Origin: a bacterium | GTDB lineage: Bacteria; Hydrothermota; UBA3073; JACQXS01; JAQTXJ01 | DNA: 64,000 nt | Reading direction: 5' to 3' | NCBI GenBank assembly: GCA_041649255.1 | Contig: JBAZNK010000006.1 | Coordinates: forward strand, 12,225 to 76,224 | Shown here: one piece after another, positions 1-7,851 of the stretch | Layout: the number at the start of each line of letters is the position of its first letter | Numbering within the stretch: position 1 is the first letter of the stretch | Notes under the pieces: model-generated | Database searches by the model: none | Seen by the model: only the letters and a program-made list of their open reading frames with translations | What the model was told of the DNA's origin: nothing | Translations under genes and position numbers: made by a program

Positions 1-918
1 CCAATTATACAAACGACCATAAGTATCGCCTTCGGCTGTATTGTTACCATAATTACAATACGCTCCGGGCGTTAAACTATCCCACTGGGCGCTCTCAGTA
101 ACATTCGGTATACTTGAAGCATTGCGGTATTTAGTGGTTTTAAGATTTTCTGCCATCCATACCTGTGTGCCTATTTGAACTACAGCATAATGATTGCTGT
201 CTGCATCGGTGCAATCAATAAAATTGAAACTCACGGTTTGGGTTTGTGTTGGTACGAGCATAAAAATGGTGCGATAAATCCCTGATTTCCCGGTTATCTT
301 CAATCTATCGCCTGTGGTATATTGCATATTTATTACTGATTTATCACTTTTTGCACTTTTCGTCTTTGTTGTATTTGAAGCTGTGTTTTGTTTATCTATA
401 CTTGACGTTATTCCAACATATCTTATTTCAGTTCGCCCCAGTCGGAATAAATTATTGCTTACTATTTTTGTCATATAGGAATAGTCGTCTGACTTTATTT
501 TCAAAAGATATATACCGCTGCTAAGTCCGCTCAGGTTGTAAGTATGATGTCCTTTTGATAATAATGCCTGCGATTGCAAAATTCTTTTTCCTGTTATATC
601 ATATAGGTTAAGAGTTGTTTTGCTCCGCCTGAGGCGGACTTCAAAATCTATTGAACAATTGCCTGTCATCGGGTTCGGATATATCTGTATAGTATTATCC
701 GGAACGGTATTTAAATCCGATTCGTTTATTCCTATCGCTGTAAGATGTAATGTATCGCTTCCGCTAAGATTTAAACTTGTGCATTGTGTCAGGTTTTCTA
801 CTTTTACCGAATCAACAGTCGTGCTTGCTCCTGTTCCTGCAAAACTGATTTGATAACTCTGCGCATAAGTTTGCGCTGTCGCAAAAACCAACAAAAAGAA
901 GATTGTAACTTTTCTCAT
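1..918 (-). CDS. Secreted protein, 5'-partial in this window (the gene runs past position 1). It has a signal peptide, an internal T9SS-CTD-like beta-sandwich and a Fibrobacter succinogenes major paralogous (FISUMP/TIGR02145-like) domain.
   Basis: Minus-strand ORF starting at the ATG at 916-918, which I translated by hand; it is absent from the ORF track because no stop lies inside the window. N-terminus MRKVTIFFLLVFATAQTYAQ. CTD-like segment IYPNPMTGNCSIDFEV...GIYLLKIKSDDYSYMTKIV. FISUMP segment YAVVQIGTQVWMAENLKTTKYRNASSIP...AYCNYGNN...TYGRLYNW. Confidence 0.7.
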   Translation of the reverse strand, partial: MRKVTIFFLLVFATAQTYAQSYQISFAGTGASTTVDSVKVENLTQCTSLNLSGSDTLHLTAIGINESDLNTVPDNTIQIYPNPMTGNCSIDFEVRLRRSKTTLNLYDITGKRILQSQALLSKGHHTYNLSGLSSGIYLLKIKSDDYSYMTKIVSNNLFRLGRTEIRYVGITSSIDKQNTASNTTKTKSAKSDKSVINMQYTTGDRLKITGKSGIYRTIFMLVPTQTQTVSFNFIDCTDADSNHYAVVQIGTQVWMAENLKTTKYRNASSIPNVTESAQWDSLTPGAYCNYGNNTAEGDTYGRLYNW

Positions 919-1265
919 TTTTTCCCCGTTCCCGCAAATAGTGGGTAATAAAATAATCCGTTAAATTGTTAGGGTGCTAGTTTATGTGTATTGAAATTTT
1001 TTGTCAAGGGAAAACAGGAAAGTTTGTGACTGAGGTAGGTACATGGTGACCACCCCTCTATGCAACTCCATTTAATAAAATCGTCAATCAAAGTATATAA
1101 AATTTCTGTGCCAACTTGAGAACAAAATCAGGCAAAACAGACAAAAACACCGGGAAACCAAAAATAAAAGGCAACTCCACCGAATTGCCATTTTTATCCG
1201 AATCTCTAAAATTTACTCAAAAGGGATTGTCTTAAAAAGCTGTATATTAAAGGGTTTTTAAGCAA

Positions 1266-1340
1266 AAGTTAGGTTATTGTAAATTAGGGACTGAACGGAC
1301 ACGGATCCATTAGCGCGGGGCGGGAAATGTTAAAGTGCTG
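1266..1340. repeat. Conserved intergenic element, family 2, copy A.
   Basis: aagttaggttattgtaaattagggactgaacggacacggatccattagcgcggggcgggaaatgttaaagtgctg. It lies ~350 nt upstream of the start of the 5'-partial FISUMP-domain gene at 918. Confidence 0.5.
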
Positions 1341-1388
1341 ATTACTCTTGATATTGTAACCCCTTCCAGAAGGGTTTCGGTTAGTTGC

Positions 1389-1709
1389 TTATACTGTCTT
1401 TATAAGTTGGGGACGCCGCCCTTTTTTCTTATATTCTATTACCTCAGTTAAAGCATTTCTAAATTTCTCAGCCTCTTTCAAATCCATCTTGCTTATACAT
1501 GGCCAAAAATCTGTATCTTCTATTACTATTGTAATTCTATCATCCTCAAAAAGTTTTTTACCTTTTGTATCCGTTTTCCCGGTATATTTCATTTGTCCTA
1601 TTTTCTTGTCACTGAGAAATTTGCTCAATACTATTAACTTTGATTTTGGAAGCTTTATTATACCTTCTTCACGTACTTTATATTTACCCACATAGAGTGT
1701 ATTTTCCAT
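1389..1709 (-). CDS. Small hypothetical protein of 106 aa, Lys-rich; it may have an AbrB/swapped-hairpin-like N-terminus.
   Basis: Complete ORF. The N-terminus VGKYKVREEGIIKLPK is reminiscent of AbrB/MazE-type beta-barrels, but I see no confirming motif. Confidence 0.4.
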   Translation of the reverse strand: MENTLYVGKYKVREEGIIKLPKSKLIVLSKFLSDKKIGQMKYTGKTDTKGKKLFEDDRITIVIEDTDFWPCISKMDLKEAEKFRNALTEVIEYKKKGRRPQLIKTV

Positions 1710-1734
1710 TTTTCTTACCTCCCTTTCGATGCTT

Positions 1735-3867
1735 TTACCTCATCAATATTAATTTCTTAGTTTCTTTGTAGTCCCCGGCAATAAACTTCACAAAATATAC
1801 TCCCGATGATAAATCGCTTGCCCTCAAATTGACGCTATAACTCCCCGTCGCTTTTTCCCCATTAACTAATGTTTTTACACAACTGCCGGAAATATCGTAA
1901 ACGCTTAATATAACTTGAGTTCTAATGGGCATGAAATACTTGACAACTGTTGATTTAGAGAATGGGTTTTGGGAAACGGACAGATTATAATCTGTCCCTA
2001 CGAGTTTGGATTCTTCTATTCCTATTCCATCATCTTTAAATACCCAGATTCCGCCTGCATTCTGGCAACTCATATATATCAAACTGTCATTTGGATTAAC
2101 TGCCATACATATTGGACCTTCTCCTACCTGTAATGCTTGAATGACTGAATTGCTTGTCCCATCAATAACTAAAATGCTATCACTGGAATAATTAACCGCG
2201 TATATCTTATTTGTTACGGAATTCGCAAATACATTGGAAAAACCGGTTCCAACTGCTATAGTATCAATCACCGAATCACTTGTCCCGTCAATTACAAAAA
2301 TGTTATTACCGTTCGTCGCATAAATTCTATTCGTTACCGGATTTGCAGACATTCTGCCAACCGCGCTCCCAATAACTATGTTATCAACAACATTGTTACT
2401 TGTCCCGTCAAGCACTGAAATACTGGAAGTATTATAATTTGTTACGTAAACCTTATTTGTCACCAGATTTACACATACATCCGGATAGCCGTATCCACTC
2501 GATAATACAGCAATTACCGAATCGTTTCCCCCGTCAATTACTGAAACATAACCGTACATCTCCCAATCAACATTTGTTACGTAAATCTTATTAGTTGAGG
2601 GATTTATATCCATTCCCCAGGGATGACACCCAACAATTATCGTATTAAGCACTGAATAAGTTGTTTCATCAATTACCGAAATGGTAGAATCGTTATTCAA
2701 GACGTAGATTTTATTTGTCGCAGGGTTTAAACATATTTTGAAAGGATTGCTAAGACCACCTGATATTGTATCAATCACCTGTACGCCCTGGATTACCGGA
2801 ATATTATTATACCCGCTATTTACCACATATATTTTGTTTATTGTCGGGTTTACACATATCCCATAAGGATCAGGTCTAATATTTACGCTAAGCATAGTCA
2901 TATTATTCGTTCCGTCAATTACCGAAACGTATTTATTATTCGGTCCATTTGTCACATAGAGTTTGTTTGTTGTTGGATTTACGCATATTCCTCTGGAACC
3001 TGTACAAGTTATGTAAGCAACAACCGAATCCTTTGCTCCATCTATTACTGAAGCCAGGCTTCTCGTTGCAACATAGATTTTATTCGTTACGGGATTTATA
3101 CATATCTCCCTGGGATATTCAAAATTTCCTACGTCTACATTAGTAATCACTGAATCTTTCGTCCCATCAATTACCAAAACATTATCAAAATTATAAACAG
3201 CAACATAGATTTTATTCGTTGCCGGATTTACACCTATTCCATAAGGATTAAGATTATACCCCACAGCTATGGTCTTAATCACTAAATCATTTGTCCCGTC
3301 TATCACTGAAACATTATTGCCGTTATAATTTGACACATAGATTTTATTTGTTGTCGGATTTACGCATATTCCCCTGGGACTATTGCCAACAGCTATCGTA
3401 TCAATCACTGAATTATTCGTCCCATCAATTACCGAAACAGTATTGCTGGAATAATTTGCAACATAGATTTTATTGGTCGTTGGATTTACGCATATTGCCC
3501 AGGGGTAAGTCCCTACAGCTACCGTGGCTATAACTGAATCGTTTGTCCCGTCAATTACTGAAACGTTGTTGCTAATAAATCCATTTGCCACATAGATTTT
3601 ATTGGTCGCCGGGTTTACACATATTCCCCGGGGTTCTACCCCGACGTCTATTGTGGCAATTAATGTGTTTTTGTCTCCATCTATTACCGAAACGTTGCCA
3701 CTGCTATCAGCCACATAAATTTTATTTGTCGTTGGATTTACATCAACAGCAATCGGCCCGAATGCGTTGGGACCTAATAATATACTGTCAACTACTGATA
3801 ACGTCGCCCATACATGCTGGCTCAGAAATGTTATTGTAAATGCTATCAGGACATTTAATTTTTTCAT
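1735..3867 (-). CDS. Secreted YVTN-family beta-propeller repeat protein with a T9SS C-terminal sorting domain.
   Basis: Signal peptide MKKLNVLIAFTITFLSQHVWA. There are 15 or more ~40-residue repeats of the form VNPxTNKIYVxNxxSNxVSVIDGTxxSVIxTIxVG (YVTN/TIGR02276-like). C-terminal CTD ...VYFVKFIAGDYKETKKLILMR. Confidence 0.85.
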   Translation of the reverse strand: MKKLNVLIAFTITFLSQHVWATLSVVDSILLGPNAFGPIAVDVNPTTNKIYVADSSGNVSVIDGDKNTLIATIDVGVEPRGICVNPATNKIYVANGFISNNVSVIDGTNDSVIATVAVGTYPWAICVNPTTNKIYVANYSSNTVSVIDGTNNSVIDTIAVGNSPRGICVNPTTNKIYVSNYNGNNVSVIDGTNDLVIKTIAVGYNLNPYGIGVNPATNKIYVAVYNFDNVLVIDGTKDSVITNVDVGNFEYPREICINPVTNKIYVATRSLASVIDGAKDSVVAYITCTGSRGICVNPTTNKLYVTNGPNNKYVSVIDGTNNMTMLSVNIRPDPYGICVNPTINKIYVVNSGYNNIPVIQGVQVIDTISGGLSNPFKICLNPATNKIYVLNNDSTISVIDETTYSVLNTIIVGCHPWGMDINPSTNKIYVTNVDWEMYGYVSVIDGGNDSVIAVLSSGYGYPDVCVNLVTNKVYVTNYNTSSISVLDGTSNNVVDNIVIGSAVGRMSANPVTNRIYATNGNNIFVIDGTSDSVIDTIAVGTGFSNVFANSVTNKIYAVNYSSDSILVIDGTSNSVIQALQVGEGPICMAVNPNDSLIYMSCQNAGGIWVFKDDGIGIEESKLVGTDYNLSVSQNPFSKSTVVKYFMPIRTQVILSVYDISGSCVKTLVNGEKATGSYSVNLRASDLSSGVYFVKFIAGDYKETKKLILMR

Positions 3868-4144
3868 CTTACCTCCTATTTATTTCATCAACAAGCATCT
3901 TTATACTTAAATATTCTTAAAACCTATCTTTGTCAATCTTTAAATGCCAACTTTTTTCATTTATTCTGTGAATCAAAAAATTGAGAATAAAACTTGTGCA
4001 AATTGGGTAAAAACTACCAATTAAAACCTGAACTCGAGTTCACTCTTCGGGAAAAACTTGTTGTCTGGAACCAGAATATACTTTTTTATTGACGCTAAAC
4101 ATTTTTATAATAAAATAAATACCAAGGGTAAAAAAAGGGATAAA

Positions 4145-4564
4145 ATGAAAAAAAAGACAATACTTTTTGTTTGTATAGAGAATGCTTGCCGCAGTCAAAT
4201 GGCGGAAGGATTTGCAAAAGCGTATGCTGTTGATGCAGTGGATGCTTATAGCACAGGTTCAAGCCCTTCGGGAGTGGTTAATCCGATTGCAGTAAGAGTT
4301 ATGAAAGAAAAAGGAATAGACATGTCATCTCAAATATCAAAAGGTTTGGGGCCATTATTAATCCAAAAGTTTGATTACATCATTACGATAGGATGTAAAG
4401 ATGTCTGTCCTTTCTATCCGGGAGCGAAAAGAATTGAATGGGAAATCCCGGCACCCAAAGGGGAAACCGTAGAAGAATTTAGGGAAATACGAGATAACAT
4501 TGAGAAAAGAGTAATAGAGTTCATAGATTCAACAACAGAAGAAAAGGAAAAGGAAAACGAATAA
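4145..4564 (+). CDS. Low-molecular-weight phosphotyrosine phosphatase family protein; likely a thioredoxin-coupled arsenate reductase (ArsC-like).
   Basis: P-loop CIENACRSQMAEG (CX5R); a downstream Cys pair GCKDVCPFYPG. I chose the start at MKKKTILFVC (4145) rather than the ORF-track start at 4058. Confidence 0.55.
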   Translation: MKKKTILFVCIENACRSQMAEGFAKAYAVDAVDAYSTGSSPSGVVNPIAVRVMKEKGIDMSSQISKGLGPLLIQKFDYIITIGCKDVCPFYPGAKRIEWEIPAPKGETVEEFREIRDNIEKRVIEFIDSTTEEKEKENE

Positions 4565-4585
4565 CAAAATACAGAAAAATAAGAT

Positions 4586-4930
4586 ATGTTGAAAACAAAA
4601 TCAGTTTATGAGGCTAACGTCCCGGAAGATGGGATAAGAATATTAGTTATGAGAAAATGGCCAAGAGGGGTTTCCAAGGATAAGGTAGATAGATGGATAA
4701 AAGAACTGGGACCAAGCACAGAGCTGTTGAATGACTGGACTGAGCACAGGATTAACTGGATAGAGTACGAAAAAAGGTACAGGCGGGAAATGGAAGATAC
4801 TGAAAAACGGCAATCAATAAAAAAAATAGCTGAGTTGTCAGAGAAAAAGGTGGTAAGCTTGCTTTGTTGGGAAAAATCCGATGAGTATTGTCATAGAAAA
4901 TTATTAAAAGAGTTGATCGAGAAATTATAA
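4586..4930 (+). CDS. DUF488 family protein.
   Basis: DGIRILVMRKWPRGVSKDKVDRWIKELGPSTELLNDW is the typical DUF488 core motif (I recall this from memory). Confidence 0.6.
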   Translation: MLKTKSVYEANVPEDGIRILVMRKWPRGVSKDKVDRWIKELGPSTELLNDWTEHRINWIEYEKRYRREMEDTEKRQSIKKIAELSEKKVVSLLCWEKSDEYCHRKLLKELIEKL

Positions 4931-4939
4931 AGGAGAAAA

Positions 4940-5716
4940 ATGCAATTAGATGATATAAAAATTTCAGAAGCAATCATAGAAAGATATATGAAAAAGTTGA
5001 TTGCCTCGCTTGACGTAGACGTTGCCATTGCAGGCGCAGGCCCTTCCGGACTTATTGCTGCCTTTTATCTTGCCAGAAAACATAAAAAAGTAGCGCTTTT
5101 CGAACGTCATCTTTCGGTAGGCGGTGGAATGTGGGGCGGCGGTATGATGTTTAATGAAATTGTAGTCCAGGAAGAAGGTAAGAAAATACTGGAAGAATTT
5201 GATGTTGATACAAAAAAATGGAAACAGGGCTATTATACTGCAAGTTCCGTAGAAACTGTGAGTAGCTTGACACGCGCAGCAGTAAAAGCAGGAACACAAA
5301 TATTCAATCTGATATCCGTAGAAGATGTTATGTTGCAAAAAGGTAGAGTTACAGGGCTTGTATTAAACTGGAGCGCAACACAGATTGCTAATTTACACGT
5401 TGATCCTTTAACTATAAGGTCAAAATACGTAATTGAGGCAACCGGACATCCGACGGAGGTTCTAAAAGTTATAGAGAGAAAATCGGGAAAAAAGCTGTCA
5501 ACTCCTTCCGGTGGAATAGAAGGAGAACGCTCAATGTGGGCGGAAGTTGGAGAAAAATCTCTTATTAAAAATACGAAAGAAGTGTTCCCGGGAGTATGGG
5601 TAACAGGAATGGCGGCAAATGCTGCTTATGACTCACCACGAATGGGACCTATATTTGGAGGAATGCTGTTGTCCGGTAAATACTGTGCAGAACAGATACT
5701 TAAGAAACTGAAATAG
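4940..5716 (+). CDS. thi4: Thiazole synthase Thi4 (archaeal/sulfide-dependent type; thiamine thiazole-moiety biosynthesis).
   Basis: FAD-binding VAIAGAGPSGLIAAFYLA; conserved HLSVGGGMWGGGMMFNEIVV and the C-terminal GMxxNAxxDSPRMGPIFGGMLLSG. Length 258 aa. Confidence 0.8.
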   Translation: MQLDDIKISEAIIERYMKKLIASLDVDVAIAGAGPSGLIAAFYLARKHKKVALFERHLSVGGGMWGGGMMFNEIVVQEEGKKILEEFDVDTKKWKQGYYTASSVETVSSLTRAAVKAGTQIFNLISVEDVMLQKGRVTGLVLNWSATQIANLHVDPLTIRSKYVIEATGHPTEVLKVIERKSGKKLSTPSGGIEGERSMWAEVGEKSLIKNTKEVFPGVWVTGMAANAAYDSPRMGPIFGGMLLSGKYCAEQILKKLK

Positions 5717-5719
5717 CTT

Positions 5720-6142
5720 CTAATTAATCTTTTTTTTAGAGGACTTAAAAGTACGTAATTTGTGTTTTTTTCTGTATTCTAGAGGTGTAGTATGTTCCCT
5801 GTCTTTGAAGATTCTGCAGAAATTTGTATCTTCAAGCCCCACTTTTTCTGCAATATATTTAGATTCAATTTTTGTTTTTACAAGCAATTTTTTTGCTTTT
5901 GCAACCCTCATGTCATTTATAAATTGCGGTAGACTAACTTTCATCGTATTTCCCCAGAGATATGAGAAACTCTTGTAACACATATTGGCGTAAGATGCAA
6001 TTCTTTCCAATGATAAATTTCTTTTTGTATAATTTTTCTCTATGTATTCAAGTCCTGTCCGGATTCTTTTGGAAGCATTTAACAGTTTTTTCTTGTATTT
6101 CCTGAGTTCTTTTGAATATATTTTATCAAGTTTTCGCTTCAT
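5720..6142 (-). CDS. AraC-family HTH transcriptional regulator; the HTH domain stands alone (140 aa).
   Basis: HTH_18-like region KVSLPQFINDMRVAKAKKLLVKTKIESKYIAEKVGLEDTNFCRIFKDREHTTPLEYRKK. It is paralogous to the C-terminus of the response regulator at 26923..27726. Confidence 0.75.
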   Translation of the reverse strand: MKRKLDKIYSKELRKYKKKLLNASKRIRTGLEYIEKNYTKRNLSLERIASYANMCYKSFSYLWGNTMKVSLPQFINDMRVAKAKKLLVKTKIESKYIAEKVGLEDTNFCRIFKDREHTTPLEYRKKHKLRTFKSSKKKIN

Positions 6143-6144
6143 GC

Positions 6145-6414
6145 TTATATTTCTAATGTTTCCTTAATTTTCTCTAAAGCGTTCCCTTTCAGCTTCGTAT
6201 CTGCATTGCAAGAGGAACATTTGTGCAGGGGACAACCTTGCGGATTCTTTATATGGTCTTTTATCCAATCTATGTGGTTACCAATTTTCTGGTCTTCGCA
6301 ATTTTTGCATTGGATTATGACTATTCTGTTTTCTTCGTGTGTCCCTTTTTGAATATCTAATAGGGTTATGTAGTTGATTGACATTCGGTTAAGATATCTT
6401 AACAGTAATTCCAC
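6145..6414 (-). CDS. Small Cys-rich hypothetical protein of 89 aa; possibly a zinc ribbon.
   Basis: CKNCEDQ...GCPLHKCSSCN cysteine cluster. It is tightly packed between the flanking ORFs (2-3 nt gaps). Confidence 0.4.
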   Translation of the reverse strand: MELLLRYLNRMSINYITLLDIQKGTHEENRIVIIQCKNCEDQKIGNHIDWIKDHIKNPQGCPLHKCSSCNADTKLKGNALEKIKETLEI

Positions 6415-6415
6415 T

Positions 6416-7000
6416 TTATCTAAATCGTTTTACTTGTTCCCCCACAAAAAAAATTGCTCCGAAAAAGACAAAAGCTTCAATTCCATCTATAATCCATCTG
6501 AAACTGTAATATATGAAAGTAACCTTGTGTATTTTAAAATGCCCGACCCCTATTGCTAAGAAGGCTATCAATAAAAAAAGACTAATAATGGCTTTATAAT
6601 TCCAAATTAATTGTGGCGTTTTCCCGTCTGGTTGATTTTCCCTCAACCAACTTTCCCACATTAAAGCGTTAGATTTTTCTTTGAAAAAATGATTGACCTT
6701 TCCCTCAAGTTTGGCAAGAAATCTCCCAGCACGCATCATTCTTGCAACCTCCCCCGTCCAGGTAATTAATACCAAATAACTAACCAAAGGCACAAAAACT
6801 AAAAATATTAGCTCTGGTAACCATGCTTTATCCCATACATTAAAACCTGCCACTACCATTATACCTAACGTCGTTGTGCCGTAATGTAAGACAGATTGTT
6901 GTGTTTGCATTGATGTTAAGCTTTCTTCTCTGACTGTTTTGTATTCTTCGATGACTACAGATATCCAATCCATTTTAGTTTTCCTCCTATACTTTATCAT
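6416..7000 (-). CDS. Hypothetical integral membrane protein, 194 aa.
   Basis: Several hydrophobic helices (LGIMVVAGF, LIFLVFVPLVSYLVLI, IISLFLLIAFLAIGV, AFVFFGAIFFV). Confidence 0.45.
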   Translation of the reverse strand: MIKYRRKTKMDWISVVIEEYKTVREESLTSMQTQQSVLHYGTTTLGIMVVAGFNVWDKAWLPELIFLVFVPLVSYLVLITWTGEVARMMRAGRFLAKLEGKVNHFFKEKSNALMWESWLRENQPDGKTPQLIWNYKAIISLFLLIAFLAIGVGHFKIHKVTFIYYSFRWIIDGIEAFVFFGAIFFVGEQVKRFR

Positions 7001-7110
7001 AAAGTTTTTAATAATACAAAAAGCTCATCAAACAAAATATAGTCTAACTCGTTCATAGCTGAACTTAACTTAACTATCCTTTTTGTCAAGACCCCGTTGT
7101 TACCACTTTT

Positions 7111-7837
7111 TCACAATCCCCACTTCCCCTTCTCCACCTTCCCCTCTATAGCATTTTCCAGTGAATCAGGAAGTGCCGGGAAGAAATCAATCCCTGTCAA
7201 AACCTCCACAGAATCTATCGTAACAGCATAAGACGATAATGGCTTAGTTGATGATTTATTGGGCAAAACGAACCCGATGCATTTGAGTTCAGGCTCGTCA
7301 TAGTCAAGGATAACCTTATAATAGTATTTTGGCACTGCAACCTTGTCTTTTCCTATTGTAGGGAGTCCATCTTTTCAGTACTGGTCCTGTAACTATGTGA
7401 ATTTCGTCATTATCTCTCGCCCATGCCCTTGCTTTGTCTTCAAGACGCTTCCATATGCCTCGATTGAATCCTGCCATCTGAGGGCTCATATTTGACATAT
7501 AGAACGATTCTGACATTGATCCTGCAGAATATGCCATATCTCCTGCTGGGCACAAATGCCCTTTGTCGTAACCTGATTTTGCATAATCTGATGGCTTTGC
7601 AGAGCCTGTTTTTACCAAAGGATCTGCACGGAACTTGTTTGTTCTTTTGACTGCAGGTTTTTTCACCATTTCTTTTGTCAGTTTGTATGCTACCCAGTCT
7701 GCCTGTTCATATTTTTCGTCGTATTGAAGGGTGTAGGCAGTGTGGTGGATTATTTCGTCGGTTAATGTGTGGGAGGGGAGGTAGTTTGTGCTACCTCCTA
7801 TTAAAAAATAGTGAAAAACGAATAAACAAAGAATCAT
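7111..7837 (-). pseudogene. DNA/RNA non-specific endonuclease (Endonuclease_NS/NucA family) split by a single-base frameshift.
   Basis: Upstream piece 7316..7837 carries the DKGHLCPAGD (DRGH-type) catalytic motif and ends ...HIVTGPVLKRWTPYNRKRQGCSAKILL*. The -1 frame continues KDGLPTIGKDKVAVPKYYYKVILDYDEPELKCIGFVLPN, the conserved NucA C-terminus, as ORF 7111..7335. The shift sits at the A4 run in ctgaaaagatgg near 7370-7385. Confidence 0.7.
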
Positions 7838-7851
7838 TTACTGAGAGAAGA

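Noticed and set aside
620-853. 77-aa plus-strand ORF from the track.
   Set aside because: It lies entirely inside the minus-strand FISUMP-domain gene (1..918) and has low-complexity content, so it is a spurious antisense ORF.
3868-4144. Looked for a TPP riboswitch upstream of the thi4-containing operon.
   Set aside because: No CUGAGA / ACCUGAUCUGGAUAAUGCCAGCG-like conserved segments are visible.
4058-4144. ORF-track N-terminal extension of the ArsC-like gene (MLSGTRIYFFIDAKHFYNKINTKGKKRDK...).
   Set aside because: The extension is AT-rich and non-conserved-looking. The LMW-PTP P-loop sits near the N-terminus in this family, so the start at MKKKTILFVC (4145) is preferred.
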